Positions 53,841 through 64,000 of a stretch of DNA of 64,000 nucleotides are shown here, piece after piece; position 1 is the stretch's first letter, and every line of letters starts with the position of its first letter. This stretch comes from Thecamonas trahens ATCC 50062 (taxonomy: Eukaryota > Protista > Apusomonadida), in NCBI RefSeq assembly GCF_000142905.1, contig NW_013657643.1, positions 13,542 to 77,541 on the forward strand, given 5' to 3'. The position numbers and the translations under genes are program-made. Under the pieces are notes generated by a model. The model was given only the letters and a program-made list of their open reading frames with translations. It was not told the DNA's origin and searched no databases.

Positions 53841-54985
53841 AAGCTCGGCGCTTCGTCCTCGGGTCCATCGCCCATCTCGAGCGCAGCGGACACAAGAGCT
53901 CCAAGCCTGTTCGATCGCGCCCACATGTTCGCCGCCTGCCCGCGCACACCAACCGGCCCGTACTCGATAAGCCTTCCGTACCAGCACCCAGCCCGCAGGC
54001 ACGGAATGGCAAAGAACGCGCTTTCGGCGGCACGGACTCGCCGCGCACCGAGCACCACGGTCTGAACCTCGGCCTCGAAGCACCCGGCATGGACGTACAA
54101 TGTGCAACTTGCGCTGCACGACACGGAGCACATCTTTCCCGCGCTCCGATCGGCCGGCCGTGCTTGCGACACACGCCCGACTCGGCGGCATAGCTCGCAC
54201 CTCTGCCCGTGCCGCACCGAGGTCAGCGCCACGTTGGCAAAGAGCCTGCAGGTCAGAACCACGCTCTGCAGCTCGGCCCGGCTAAAGTAGCGCCTAAAAA
54301 TCAGCGCCCACACCTCCGCCGGCACCTGGCTCACCAACGACTGACCTTGATGGTGCGCGTAGAGGAAGGCGTGCCGTCCGCGCGGGCACTGCGCACACGC
54401 CAGGCTCGCTGCTCCCCGCCACACTGCCTTCCGTGAGCACCGCCACGCTACCCAGTCCGGGCACGATGCTGGCCTCGTCGACCGCGTCCGATGCATCGCC
54501 AGACTCCAGCGGATGCCCGATACCACCTCGCGCAGCACATCGCCGCCAACCAGCCCATCGTCCACCACAAAGAACAGCTCTTCGTCGCCGTCGCCGCCTG
54601 CTGCCGCTCCCACCGCCTCCCTCGCTGCAAACCTCGCCGGCGTCGTCGCCGTCGGCACGTATCCGATCAGCCGCAGCAGCGCACTCGCACGCGCATCGCC
54701 CATCGGACAAAACAAGGTCCTCTGCAACCGGACATTGCCTCTCCGCACCGCATTGGTCCGATCGCCGCCACCACCCAACGTCGTGCCGGTCCGCCCGCCG
54801 CCGCTCGCCGCCGCGGGCGAATGGCCCCAATTCGAGCTCGGGCTGGCCAGCCGCCGGTTTAGGGCAAGGACAAGCAGCAGGTCCACAACAGCCCGTGCGG
54901 CGTCTGCAGGAGTTGCTTCGTTCCACACCAGCGCCTCCAGTTCCGCCACTGTCTCATCGAACACGCTCTCGCCTTCGGCAGCCAT
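53837..54985 (-). CDS. Hypothetical protein with PUB-like N-terminus, F-box-like segment and Cys/His-rich C-terminus
   Basis: RRGNVRLQRTL...ASALLRLIGY (PUB-like); SQVPAEVWALIFRRYF...LTCRLF (F-box-like); CELC...CSVSCSASC..YVHAGC...CLRAGC. Confidence 0.6.
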   Translation of the reverse strand: MAAEGESVFDETVAELEALVWNEATPADAARAVVDLLLVLALNRRLASPSSNWGHSPAAASGGGRTGTTLGGGGDRTNAVRRGNVRLQRTLFCPMGDARASALLRLIGYVPTATTPARFAAREAVGAAAGGDGDEELFFVVDDGLVGGDVLREVVSGIRWSLAMHRTRSTRPASCPDWVAWRCSRKAVWRGAASLACAQCPRGRHAFLYAHHQGQSLVSQVPAEVWALIFRRYFSRAELQSVVLTCRLFANVALTSVRHGQRCELCRRVGRVSQARPADRSAGKMCSVSCSASCTLYVHAGCFEAEVQTVVLGARRVRAAESAFFAIPCLRAGCWYGRLIEYGPVGVRGQAANMWARSNRLGALVSAALEMGDGPEDEAPSF

Positions 54986-55173
54986 TGGTCAGCCCCTTCC
55001 CGCCCCTGCCTGCCTGTCGCAACACAGTCTGCCGCCAGGCCTGGAAAGAGAAGCGTACTTCCATTGGGTGGCAACTGCTGCCTCTGCGCCATCGCTCCCA
55101 TACCGCGCATGTTACTTGGCAGACGTCTGACCTGCGCTCGTCTTTCCGCTTGTCTTTCCACTGCGGCTGACGG

Positions 55174-55230
55174 CAGCACGCTCTGCAGCTCCAGCGCGCT
55201 CTGCAGCTCCAGCGCGCTCTGCAGCTCCAG
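55174..55230. repeat. Tandem repeat, ~3 x 18 bp (CGCTCTGCAGCTCCAGCG)
   Basis: Units at 55179, 55197 and 55215 (partial). Confidence 0.85.
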
Positions 55231-55408
55231 TTGGCAATGTACGCGACAGGGCGCAGCGACAGGGCGCGGCTAGGGGTAACCAAGATGGGAAGGCTGGGCA
55301 GATCGGGGCACGACAGGAGGCCAGTACCGAGCCAAGTAAGTACACAGCGTGCACGCGGCAGGGCGCGGGCGGGCGAGAAGAGAGGGCGAGAATAGAGCCG
55401 TCCTCTGG

Positions 55409-55746
55409 TCACGAGTTGTATCGCGGAGGCGACTTGCCCGCGCGCCGATCGGCCTTGCGCATGGCCTGCTGCGTCTTTCTGCACTTCTTGTACGCCGCAA
55501 TCGCCGCCTGGCATTCGGGGTCATTGGGCGAGTTCTCCATCTGGCACTTCATCTCCACCATCATGGCCATGGCCGTGAGTGCGTCGTCGTCCATGCCGCC
55601 CGTGCTCGTGTCCCCCCCCCCCCCCCCCTGCCCCCCCTGCCCTCCTCCCCTCCCACCCACACCCCTCCCTGCCCACTCTATCTTACCTCGTTCGACTCTT
55701 GTGCAAGGCGTGAGCATGCGTTGTGCGAGTGCCACGGCTTGGACAT
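55409..55746 (-). CDS. Twin CX9C protein, COX23/CHCHD7-like. Exons 55687-55746, 55409-55546
   Basis: Spliced NAC-SRLAQESNE|-CQMENSPNDPEC-QAAIAAYKK-CRK gives CX9C-X10-CX9C; GTAAG donor, AAG acceptor. The start may lie further upstream. Confidence 0.7.
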
Positions 55747-55921
55747 GGGCGGCGTCGAGACAGCTGATGGCGTGCCGACCCTCGTCGCCCCCCCCCCCCC
55801 CCCCCCCCTCCCCCCCCCCTGCCCCTGTGATGGTGTGGGCGACATTGTAATGTTCGACACAGATGGCCTCTCCGAGTCGCAGTGGACAGAGGCGATGCGA
55901 GAGGGATTCAACGACACGCAG

Positions 55922-58258
55922 CTACTCCTCGTCCGAGGAGATGAGCGGACTGACCTCGGACGAGGAGATAAAGGGAGAGGCAGTGGCCGAGGTGACCGGA
56001 GTCTCTGAAGCTTGCAAGCGTGTGGAGATGCGGAGGAAGTTCGAGTCGGCCATGGACGACGAGCCGTGATCGGCTGTTGCAGTGTGCGGTGAGGTGACAA
56101 CGGCGTGGTCTGCCGACGAGAGCGAAGTGGAGATCGAGTCGATCGAGTAGTACGAGCAGGCCGAGGACGAGCCGGCACCCGAGTGTTCTCTGCGGCTTGC
56201 GTCTGGACCCTCTGCTGAGTTTTGGGCCGAGTTGGGGGCGGAGCGGTGGTGGTGATGGTGGTGGTGGTGCTTGCGGCGTGGAGTGGACGGCGTGGGACGG
56301 TCATCGTTGTCGTCGAGCAGCTCGTCGTAGGAAATCCACGACGATGACGACCACGAACCGGTCTTGTGGTAGTGCTTGTGGTGGTGGTGGCGCTTGTGGA
56401 CTTCGGCACCGGACGACTCGGAGATGCTGGACGAGGACCACGAACCCGAGGCCCGCTTGGCGTGGTGGTGGTGGTAGTGGCGGCGGTGTGGGCGGGAGCC
56501 CTTGACGCCAAGGCCCGAGCCCGAGGCTGACGACGAGACCGAGACCGACCACGAGCCCTCAAAGAGAGCCTCATCCGAGGTCGACATGGCAACTGGCGCA
56601 AGGTCGACAATCTCGTTGAGCTTGGGCTGCGACATGGCGCGGGCGCGAAGAAACTTGGGCAGCGACACGCCCGACGCATTGGCCTCGCCGTCGTCGTCGG
56701 AATCACCATCGAGCGAGTACATGGACGAGCCGCGGGCGTTTCGAGACGAGTCGAGGCTCACGCCCTCATCGTAGAGTGCGCGGACCGGCGGCGATGCCGA
56801 GGTAGGCGAGCCGTCGCTGGCGAGCGCACGCGAGGTCGTGCGCTCTTGGGCGCCCAAGGGCGTGGTCGGCGCCGAGTTTGGCAGCTGGGCGGCAGCGTCG
56901 ACGCGCGACTTTTTGCGGGACGATCCGGCGTCGAGGACGCGATTGGGAGGCGGAGCCGAGGCGGCGACGGGCGAGGCCGGCGGTGAGGTGAGCGAAGTGG
57001 GCGCGTCCGGCGGGAGCGAGCCGCGGCGGCGACCCGAGGCCTTCTTGCGGCGGCGGCGGCGGGGGAGGCCCGACGCGTTCTTGACCAGCCACGGGTGAGC
57101 CTTGACACCGGCAATGTCGATGCGCGCCTGTGGATCGACCTCAAACATGCGAGCGAGCAGGTCGTGGAGCTCGGGAGAGACCGAGTCCGGGACGGTGTAC
57201 GCAGCCTCTCGGATGGCGTCGAGGACTTCGTCGACGTTGGCGCCGTTGAAGGGGAACGTGCCGCAGACCATCGAGTAGATAACAACGCCGAGGCTCCAGA
57301 TGTCGACCGGGAGGCCCGAGTAGCCCTCGCCACCGCCAAACATGACTTCGGGCGCGGCGTAGAAGAGGGTGCCGACGGCAGCAGAGAGGTGGTTCGGATC
57401 GCCGGCCTCGGTGACGGTAAAAGCACCGTAGCCAAAGTCGGTAAGTGTGACTTTGGAAAAGGTCTCGTCGCAGAGAATGTTCTCCAGCTTGAGGTCGCGG
57501 TGGGCAATGCCCTTGGAGTGGACGTACGCCAGCGCAGACACAATCTGCTTGACGATTTCGCGGGCGTAGCCCTCGGGCATGGCGCCGTGCTTGTTGACGA
57601 CCGAGAAGACTTCGCCACCCTTGTAGAAGCGCATGACCAGATGCAGGGCCTTGGTTCCATCGATGACCTCAAGCAGCTTGACAATGTGCGGGTGGTCGAG
57701 CTCGGTGAGGATGGTGATCTCTTGGTATACGCGGGCAAGGAGCTCAGGCTTGAGGGCGGTCTTGGAGATGGTCTTGATGGCGACGACGGCGCCCGAGACG
57801 CGATGAACGGCCCGATGGACAAGCGAGGTGGCGCCCTCTCCGATGAGGTCGACCAGCTTGTAGTCGCCCACATAGTGGTGCTTGTTGTGGTGCTTTGCAG
57901 CAATCTTCTTCCTTCTCCGCTTGCCCGTCCGCTTCCTCCGCTTGCCCTTCTTGCCCTTCTTCTTGCCCTTGTCCTTCCCACAACTGCGGCCAGGCTCTTC
58001 CGAGCCACTCGCCTCGGACGTCCGCGTGTTGTCCGAGTCATCATCGCGATGGTGCCCGTGGCCCAGCCCCAAGCCCAGACTGTCACCAAAGCCACCGCCA
58101 TGCCCCTGCCCGGGGCCCTGACCACTACCATGCCCCAGCCCACACTCTCCGCTCTCTCGGGCAGCAGCTCTTGCAATGGCCGCCGCCGCCTGCGCCTTTG
58201 CCGTAGCCGAGTCCAGCACAGACGCCGTGCGGATGGGCGATCGTGGTGCAGCACTCAT
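55922..58258 (-). CDS. CAMK-group (AMPK/MARK-related) Ser/Thr kinase with long disordered His/Ser-rich tail
   Basis: IGEGATSLV, VAIK, HPHIVKLLEVID, HRDLKLEN, DFG, YAAPE, DIWSLGV. Confidence 0.9.
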   Translation of the reverse strand: MSAAPRSPIRTASVLDSATAKAQAAAAIARAAARESGECGLGHGSGQGPGQGHGGGFGDSLGLGLGHGHHRDDDSDNTRTSEASGSEEPGRSCGKDKGKKKGKKGKRRKRTGKRRRKKIAAKHHNKHHYVGDYKLVDLIGEGATSLVHRAVHRVSGAVVAIKTISKTALKPELLARVYQEITILTELDHPHIVKLLEVIDGTKALHLVMRFYKGGEVFSVVNKHGAMPEGYAREIVKQIVSALAYVHSKGIAHRDLKLENILCDETFSKVTLTDFGYGAFTVTEAGDPNHLSAAVGTLFYAAPEVMFGGGEGYSGLPVDIWSLGVVIYSMVCGTFPFNGANVDEVLDAIREAAYTVPDSVSPELHDLLARMFEVDPQARIDIAGVKAHPWLVKNASGLPRRRRRKKASGRRRGSLPPDAPTSLTSPPASPVAASAPPPNRVLDAGSSRKKSRVDAAAQLPNSAPTTPLGAQERTTSRALASDGSPTSASPPVRALYDEGVSLDSSRNARGSSMYSLDGDSDDDGEANASGVSLPKFLRARAMSQPKLNEIVDLAPVAMSTSDEALFEGSWSVSVSSSASGSGLGVKGSRPHRRHYHHHHAKRASGSWSSSSISESSGAEVHKRHHHHKHYHKTGSWSSSSWISYDELLDDNDDRPTPSTPRRKHHHHHHHHRSAPNSAQNSAEGPDASRREHSGAGSSSACSYYSIDSISTSLSSADHAVVTSPHTATADHGSSSMADSNFLRISTRLQASETPVTSATASPFISSSEVSPLISSDEE

Positions 58259-58469
58259 ATATATATCTGTGTGTGTATGTGTGTGTGTTGTGGGGGGGGG
58301 GGGGGGGGGGGGGGGGTAAGGGGGTGAGGGGGGGTGAGTGTGTGTGTGTTGGTGGGGGTGCGCGTCACGTGTGGCGGGGGAGGAGGGGGAGGAGGGAGGG
58401 GGAGGGAGGGGTTGGTGACAGTGTGCGTACGTACGTGTGCGTATGTATGTATGTATATGTGTGTGTATA

Positions 58470-58506
<37 letters not shown>

Positions 58507-58605
58507 TGTGTGTGTGTGTGTGTGTTGGTGGCGTGTGTGCGGTGGGTGGGGTGGTGGCTGCCTTGGCCACCATGTTGTGCTGCCTTCTGCAGGTGGTTGG
58601 TCCCT

Positions 58606-58704
58606 NNNNNNNNNNNNNNNNNNNNNNNNNNNNNNNNNNNNNNNNNNNNNNNNNNNNNNNNNNNNNNNNNNNNNNNNNNNNNNNNNNNNNNNNNNNNNNN
58701 NNNN
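58606..58704. other. Assembly gap (N run)
   Basis: Run of N. Confidence 1.
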
Positions 58705-59295
58705 NGGGAATGGAGGACTACATACAGTAGCAAGTAGAAAGAGCAAGCATGAGATAACCCTCATAGTGTGCATCCCTACAGCAAGCACTTTGTGTCCAAA
58801 GTGTTGGTGAGAGAGTCGAATGGCGTTCTCCCTCACTCCCGCCTCCGTGCGCCAGGTGCCCCCAGTCAGCGAGGATCGTGCCGTGCAGTGTCGTTGGGAA
58901 AATAGCCAGCGAGATGTCGTCAGCCTGCCGTTACCGACACAGGGGTATGGGGACGGGCAAGGCTCTGCTCGACGAGAGTGAGAAGATGATAATGATGGGT
59001 GAGACATGGATGAGATGGCGCTTTGCTGGTTGATCCGGGGTGACATGGTCTGCCCATTTGGAATGCCGCCGGTGCGCGCGAGGGGGGGGGGGGGGGGGGG
59101 GGCGAGACCAGCGGTTAGTCCAATGCGCGAGGCCGGTGGATCCTGAGCTGACACGCGTGTTGGATGGTCGGCAGGCGCAGTGAGCAAGCTGATGAATTGG
59201 GTACTGGGTAGAGTTCCGTTGTGCTGCGGTGCGATTGGCCTGGCACGTTGCCGGGGCCGACGACGAGTCGACCTGCAGACAGATTCGGTGTGTGA

Positions 59296-60597
59296 TTAGA
59301 GAGTGACCAGAGACGACGATCCCGACCCCGACCCCGACCCCGATTCCGACCCCGACCCCGAAGCTGGGATGGATTCCGAGTACCAGCCGTCTTTTTCGGA
59401 CGAGTACCGGATCTCGCCGTCAGATGAAAAGGGGCAGGGGACAAAGACGGCGCCAGGAGTTGCGGTGCTCGCGCAAGGCGACGAGGGCGCATCAATGGGG
59501 TGAATGAGGACCGGATAAAGCGAGCTTTCGGAGTCCGAGGCACCGACGGGCTCGAGCTCGGGATCGGAGGGTGCGGCGGGCGCCGAGGCGCGGAGCCTGT
59601 GGCAGATGGCGTAGACGCCGGCAAAGGTGAGCATGATGCCAACAGCAAAGACCGCAAGCTGGCTTGCGTCGAGCTGGTCCGAGTCAAAGTCGCCGTAGAA
59701 GATGCCAGCCGAAATAAGGGTGAAGACGGTCCACACCACGTAGTAGGTCGGAACAACAAAGAGCGAGTCCGCCAGCGACAGTGCCAGCTGGAACTGATGA
59801 AGCTGCGTGAGCGCCGTGATGGCAGTCACGCCGACAATGGCGTAAACCCACGGCTGCGTGAGCTGCGAGTCGCCGCGGATGACAGTCGCGGCGAGCATCT
59901 CGGACGAGGCCTTGGCGCCGATGGCGGTCTGGCCGCCGACCAGGCCGCCAATGCAGATGTGCAGCAGCGGGAGGAGCGTGATGCCCCAGTCGTCACCGGC
60001 GTCGACGTTGACGTCGTCGTCGCAGCCTTCGTCAGGGGCGGCAGCTCGATTGAGCCGCTGCTGGCGGATGGCGGCTTCGCGCGCGGCCTTGCGGTCGCGG
60101 ATGCGGAGAACAACAAAGGCGAGGACAGTAACAGCCCCAATGACTGCGGCCCAATAGATCCAGAGGATCAACGAGTCAAAGAGGTCCAACAGCGAGTCTG
60201 CGTCGTAGTCTTTGTCGTTGCGATTGCCAAAGAGCACGGCCAGGATGGCGCCCGAGATGACGAGCACCGTCCCCACGCCGTCGAGCACCGAGAGCGTCTC
60301 ACCATTGATGATTGAGGCGAGGAGAACGTTGGAGACGAGCGAGATGCCACCGAGAGCAGCAATGAGCGATTGCGCCGCAAACGACAGCGCCACAAAGTCC
60401 AAAGCATTTCCGGCCAAAAACAGAGCCATGCCAGCCCACCATCGCGGCAGGCGAAGGTACAAGACCGGGCGCTGGTCAGCGGCGGCAGCTGCGAGGACAT
60501 TGGCCATATGAGCAGCCTTCATGAGATTGTGTCCCACATTGAGAATGATTGACCCCACCGCAGAGAGCACAACACCAATAGCCCATGACGGGAGCAT
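59296..60597 (-). CDS. NIPA-family magnesium transporter (NIPAL-like)
   Basis: WWAGMALFLAGNALDFVALSFAAQSLIAALGG, VVPTYYV, GIFYGDF; about 9 TM helices. Confidence 0.9.
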   Translation of the reverse strand: MLPSWAIGVVLSAVGSIILNVGHNLMKAAHMANVLAAAAADQRPVLYLRLPRWWAGMALFLAGNALDFVALSFAAQSLIAALGGISLVSNVLLASIINGETLSVLDGVGTVLVISGAILAVLFGNRNDKDYDADSLLDLFDSLILWIYWAAVIGAVTVLAFVVLRIRDRKAAREAAIRQQRLNRAAAPDEGCDDDVNVDAGDDWGITLLPLLHICIGGLVGGQTAIGAKASSEMLAATVIRGDSQLTQPWVYAIVGVTAITALTQLHQFQLALSLADSLFVVPTYYVVWTVFTLISAGIFYGDFDSDQLDASQLAVFAVGIMLTFAGVYAICHRLRASAPAAPSDPELEPVGASDSESSLYPVLIHPIDAPSSPCASTATPGAVFVPCPFSSDGEIRYSSEKDGWYSESIPASGSGSESGSGSGSGSSSLVTL

Positions 60598-61458
60598 GTC
60601 TTGACAAGATCCTCCAGCTCACCACCTTGTCAATGGCTACAGGGCGAGGGAGGGGGGAGGGGGGCGGGGGTTCGCGCCAAGTGTGGTCGGAAGACGAACC
60701 TTCGGCCGGCGAGCGGAAGCTACCATTGTGAACGTTCCATTAATGGTGGGCGGAGTGAGGTCCACATTGGCGTTTCGGAACGTTATCGTGCCGGGAAAGG
60801 TGGTGGGAGGGGAGCGATGGGAAAGGAGAAGGACTGCGAGGGTGGGCGGTGGGTGGTGATGGTGCTAGAGGTGGTCGATGGCCGGGTGGGAGCATGAACG
60901 GCCTTTGGGATGGCGGTGGGAGGCTACGGATGGCAGAGGGGGGGGGGGGGGTCGGCGGCGGCGAAATGCGGTGGGAAAGCGGCGGATGGCATCGTGATGG
61001 ATGATGAAGCGATGACGCACGAGCCGACTGAGCGCGCGGGGCGGGGGGGGGGGGGGGGGGGGTTGTGCATGCGCCAGCCATCACCATGGCCACGATTTCC
61101 GGGACGGAGAGACTCCAGATTCACTCAGGCTGCGGCTGTCTGGGAGCCCACTATGGGAGGGGCTTGAGGTTATTCGGGCCATGATCACGGCAAGGCAGTA
61201 CTCCAGGACAGATGCAACAGTACTTATTATGTACATACCACATACCACATCTCGAAGCGTGTACGGCTACGCAGATACCGACTTGCCACGCTGATCGGAT
61301 GTCGTGCCGCCGCCATCCGGTTCGCCGCCACTGGCAGCCGCGACAGCCCAGCAGCAGGCGACACTCGACTTTTGACCGTTTGGCTGTGCGCCAGGAGCAG
61401 CACCGCCACAGCCACAGCCACAGCCACAGCCACCACCACCTCCTCCTCCTCCCCACTC

Positions 61459-62841
61459 ATGTCGAGCGGACGGACGTATACGGCTGGGATCCGAGCCAGT
61501 CCCGGGCGACCGCTCTCGCTTGCGGCGGCGTCGAGTGCGGCGCGCGAGTCGACCATGGCGGCGTCTGCGTCGTCGCTGGCGGCGACGTTGGCATCACTGA
61601 CTCATCGTATCGATGCGCTGCAAGCTGGCGCGGTGCTCTCGCCCTCGCCGCCTCGTCGGACGAGCCCACGCCCGCCACTGCTTTCACATGCCCATGCCAC
61701 ATCGCCCTCGCCGCAGCGCAGGTATGCCTATCCGGCGGCTTCGGGCGCCACGTCGGCCGCTATGCTGCTGGAGGATCTGGCCAGAGCGACGGCGCCGGCG
61801 GGCGCACCGAGGTTGATCCAGCGGGACGACGCCCTGTTGGACAGGTTTCGCGACTCGCAGCGGCTGACGCACTCGCTGAGAGCTGGCTCCGGCCCGCACA
61901 CGGGCTCGCTCTCGCGCGGCGCCTCTGCCATCGCCACACCCGGCGATAGCCCGCTTGCCCTGCAGGACATTGCGGCATCGGGCGAGCCGGTGCTCCGCGG
62001 CGAGCTTGCCGAGCTGCGCAAGCAAAAAGCACAGCTGCTGGCCGAGATGGCTGGCGTCCGCCGGGAGCGCGACGAGGCTCGGACCGAGGCGCAGGCGCGC
62101 GAGATTGAGCTTACCCAGCTCCGCCTCGACGCCGTCGCCGAGAAGAACCGCCTGCTGGCCAAACTGCAGGCCGCTGCGGACCGGACCGCCGAACTAGAGG
62201 CCAAGAACGGTGCTCTGGAGGCGCTCGTCCAGAAGCAGCAGGACATGATCGGTCGACATGGCGCAGACTACGCCGCCCATGTCCAGCGACTGGAGGACGA
62301 TCTCGCCGCCGCCCGCACTGCGCTGGAGACGCCGGACCATCCGTTGGGAAAGGACCCGTCACTCGACGACATCCTTGCTCATCTCGAGGGCCATACCAGC
62401 AGCGATGATGAAGCAGCGCCAGAGCCGGAGCAGCAGTTGGAGCAGCAGACGGAGCTGCAGCCGGAGCAGCAGCCGGAACACCAACCGGAACACCAGCTGC
62501 ACCCCGAGTCTGACGACGGATCGTCCGAGTACGTCTACGTTTACGACGGCGAGAGCGACGACGGCGAGCAACCCGAGCTTGTCGCCCTGGTTGCGCGGAC
62601 GCTTGCGCCCATCTCGGCCGAGTACCGCAACCATGTCCCGGAGCACATCATCCAGTCGGTGCTGATGGCGTTTGGGGAGAGCGTTGACGATGCCAACTCG
62701 CTGGCGAGTGAAGTGGCCGGCCTCGCCTTTGACGATTTTGTAGTCCTTGTCAGCGACATGGTAGCCCATGCAGCTGTCATCGGCAACGTCACCGTCGACT
62801 CGGCCATCGCCCATGTGGCGCATGTAGTTGCGGACATGTGA
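61459..62841 (+). CDS. Hypothetical coiled-coil protein
   Basis: Long ORF with central heptad region and acidic linker; start at MSSGRT assumed. Confidence 0.7.
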   Translation: MSSGRTYTAGIRASPGRPLSLAAASSAARESTMAASASSLAATLASLTHRIDALQAGAVLSPSPPRRTSPRPPLLSHAHATSPSPQRRYAYPAASGATSAAMLLEDLARATAPAGAPRLIQRDDALLDRFRDSQRLTHSLRAGSGPHTGSLSRGASAIATPGDSPLALQDIAASGEPVLRGELAELRKQKAQLLAEMAGVRRERDEARTEAQAREIELTQLRLDAVAEKNRLLAKLQAAADRTAELEAKNGALEALVQKQQDMIGRHGADYAAHVQRLEDDLAAARTALETPDHPLGKDPSLDDILAHLEGHTSSDDEAAPEPEQQLEQQTELQPEQQPEHQPEHQLHPESDDGSSEYVYVYDGESDDGEQPELVALVARTLAPISAEYRNHVPEHIIQSVLMAFGESVDDANSLASEVAGLAFDDFVVLVSDMVAHAAVIGNVTVDSAIAHVAHVVADM

Positions 62842-63286
62842 TTGAACGCTGCGGCGGCAATATGTGTGGCTACCCGTTTCTCGCCCTGTGTTGAAACAAA
62901 CACAAACTTTGCGGTGGATGATCGCTGAACGAGCCCGCCCCGACTCAGGTTGTGAGCAGGTTTCGCGGCCGAAAAGCCCAGGCACATTGTCGATGAACGT
63001 AAGACGCCACACAACCGCAGTAGTTATCTACTTGATGGTGACGCGTGAGTATGGCTACCACCAGAGAGCTATCAAAGGCCAGGCCGTTGAGGGGTTGCAG
63101 TGAAAGTGGAGAAAAAAACCCTTTGCACAACTCATCTTGTAGTATTACTTCCATCGGAGACGGTGTCCGCACATTGCAGGCGTGTGCGTGTGTGGCGCGG
63201 TCAGGGTGCGGCGAGGGCGCGGCGAGCAGGGTAGGCCGGTTGGCGCAACTCGATCGGGGGATGAAGCGATGGTCGATGGTCTTTGG

Positions 63287-63987
63287 CTACATACCGATGA
63301 CGGCCAAGCCTGCAATAGCACCGGATTGGGCGGCAAAGGCGGCAAAGGGGCGCAGGAGAGTGATGAGAGCTCCAGACCATAGCGCAAGTGGACCCTCTCG
63401 ATGGTAGGCCGAGACGGCAAGGGCCCAGGTCGAGCTCTGCCGCGACGGGAGGGCAGCCGCCTGATCGACGGTAAAGATGGCGCCAGCGGCCTTGCGGTGG
63501 TAGAGACAGCTTAAGGGCGCGACGGCGATGCCGACGCCGGCAGTAAAACCATCGAGGCGCTAAATCTTCCGACGAGAGGCACAAGCGGAGGCACCATGGT
63601 GGAGTACAGGCCCAGGTACAGGGAGCGGTAGAGGAACGAGCCCAAGAGGGCCTCGCCAAAGGCGGTGTAGAAGCCAGCGATGCCGCGTGCGGCAAAGATC
63701 TCCTTGGCCGTCGCCACCCACGACTCGGCCAGCTTGGGCTCGCCGGCATCTGCATCACACTCATTCTTGGCAGCAGGCAGCAGGCGCTCATCGGCGGAGA
63801 GGTTCGCCTTCTGGGCAATCGAGACCACCACGATGGGGTGCATGACGATGAGAACCACTGCGTTGGTCAGATATCCAGCCCACGCCTGAGCCATCTTCTC
63901 GGCGCCAGCTGCCGAGAGCAAGATCTTGACGGCACCCTTCTTGATCGGCTTTTTGCCTGACTTGATAAGTCGTGGATTGGCGTTCCG
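63287..63987 (-). CDS. Divergent mitochondrial-carrier-family protein, 3' exon (5' end outside window); apparent 1-nt frameshift near 63545-63550
   Basis: AKEIFAARGIAGFYTAF...YRSLYLGLY, then in the shifted frame APLSCLYHRK...AYHREGPLALWSG; TAG acceptor ending at 63988. Confidence 0.6.
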
Positions 63988-64000
63988 CTAAGATGCGGAA

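Overview
GC-rich, gene-dense eukaryotic nuclear DNA. Introns are short and spliceosomal (GTACG/GTATG donors, CTCAC/CTAAC/CTGAC branch sites) and often carry poly-C/poly-G tracts. There are two assembly gaps. Composition and gene style suggest a free-living heterotrophic protist, possibly an apusomonad such as Thecamonas (inference only). About 40 protein genes can be modelled, many only after manual splicing. Housekeeping genes include PGM2, PRCP, ZPR1, VPS33, RRP36, ACAA2, HADH, mitoferrin, SURF1, COX14-like, COX23-like, a MAST/RIM15 kinase, an AMPK-related kinase, a NIPA transporter and an hnRNP L-like protein. Highlights: (1) a selenoprotein hidden from the ORF track (PRXL2B/SelU family, in-frame UGA in RRFG-U-QIC) with a well-formed type II SECIS in its 3' UTR; (2) a single-pass membrane protein with M23 peptidoglycan peptidase + CUB repeats + beta-helix + TM + cytosolic SH3; (3) a GalU-like nucleotidyltransferase fused to an L-arabinokinase-like GHMP kinase, near a bacterial-type NDP-sugar epimerase and a phosphoglucomutase (candidate sugar-salvage cluster); (4) a UROD(HemE)-HMBS(HemC) haem-pathway fusion; (5) an intronic box C/D snoRNA with a U58-like LSU guide. 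Several genes have single-base frameshifts in short homopolymers, most likely sequencing errors. Family assignments come from remembered motifs; no database searches were run.
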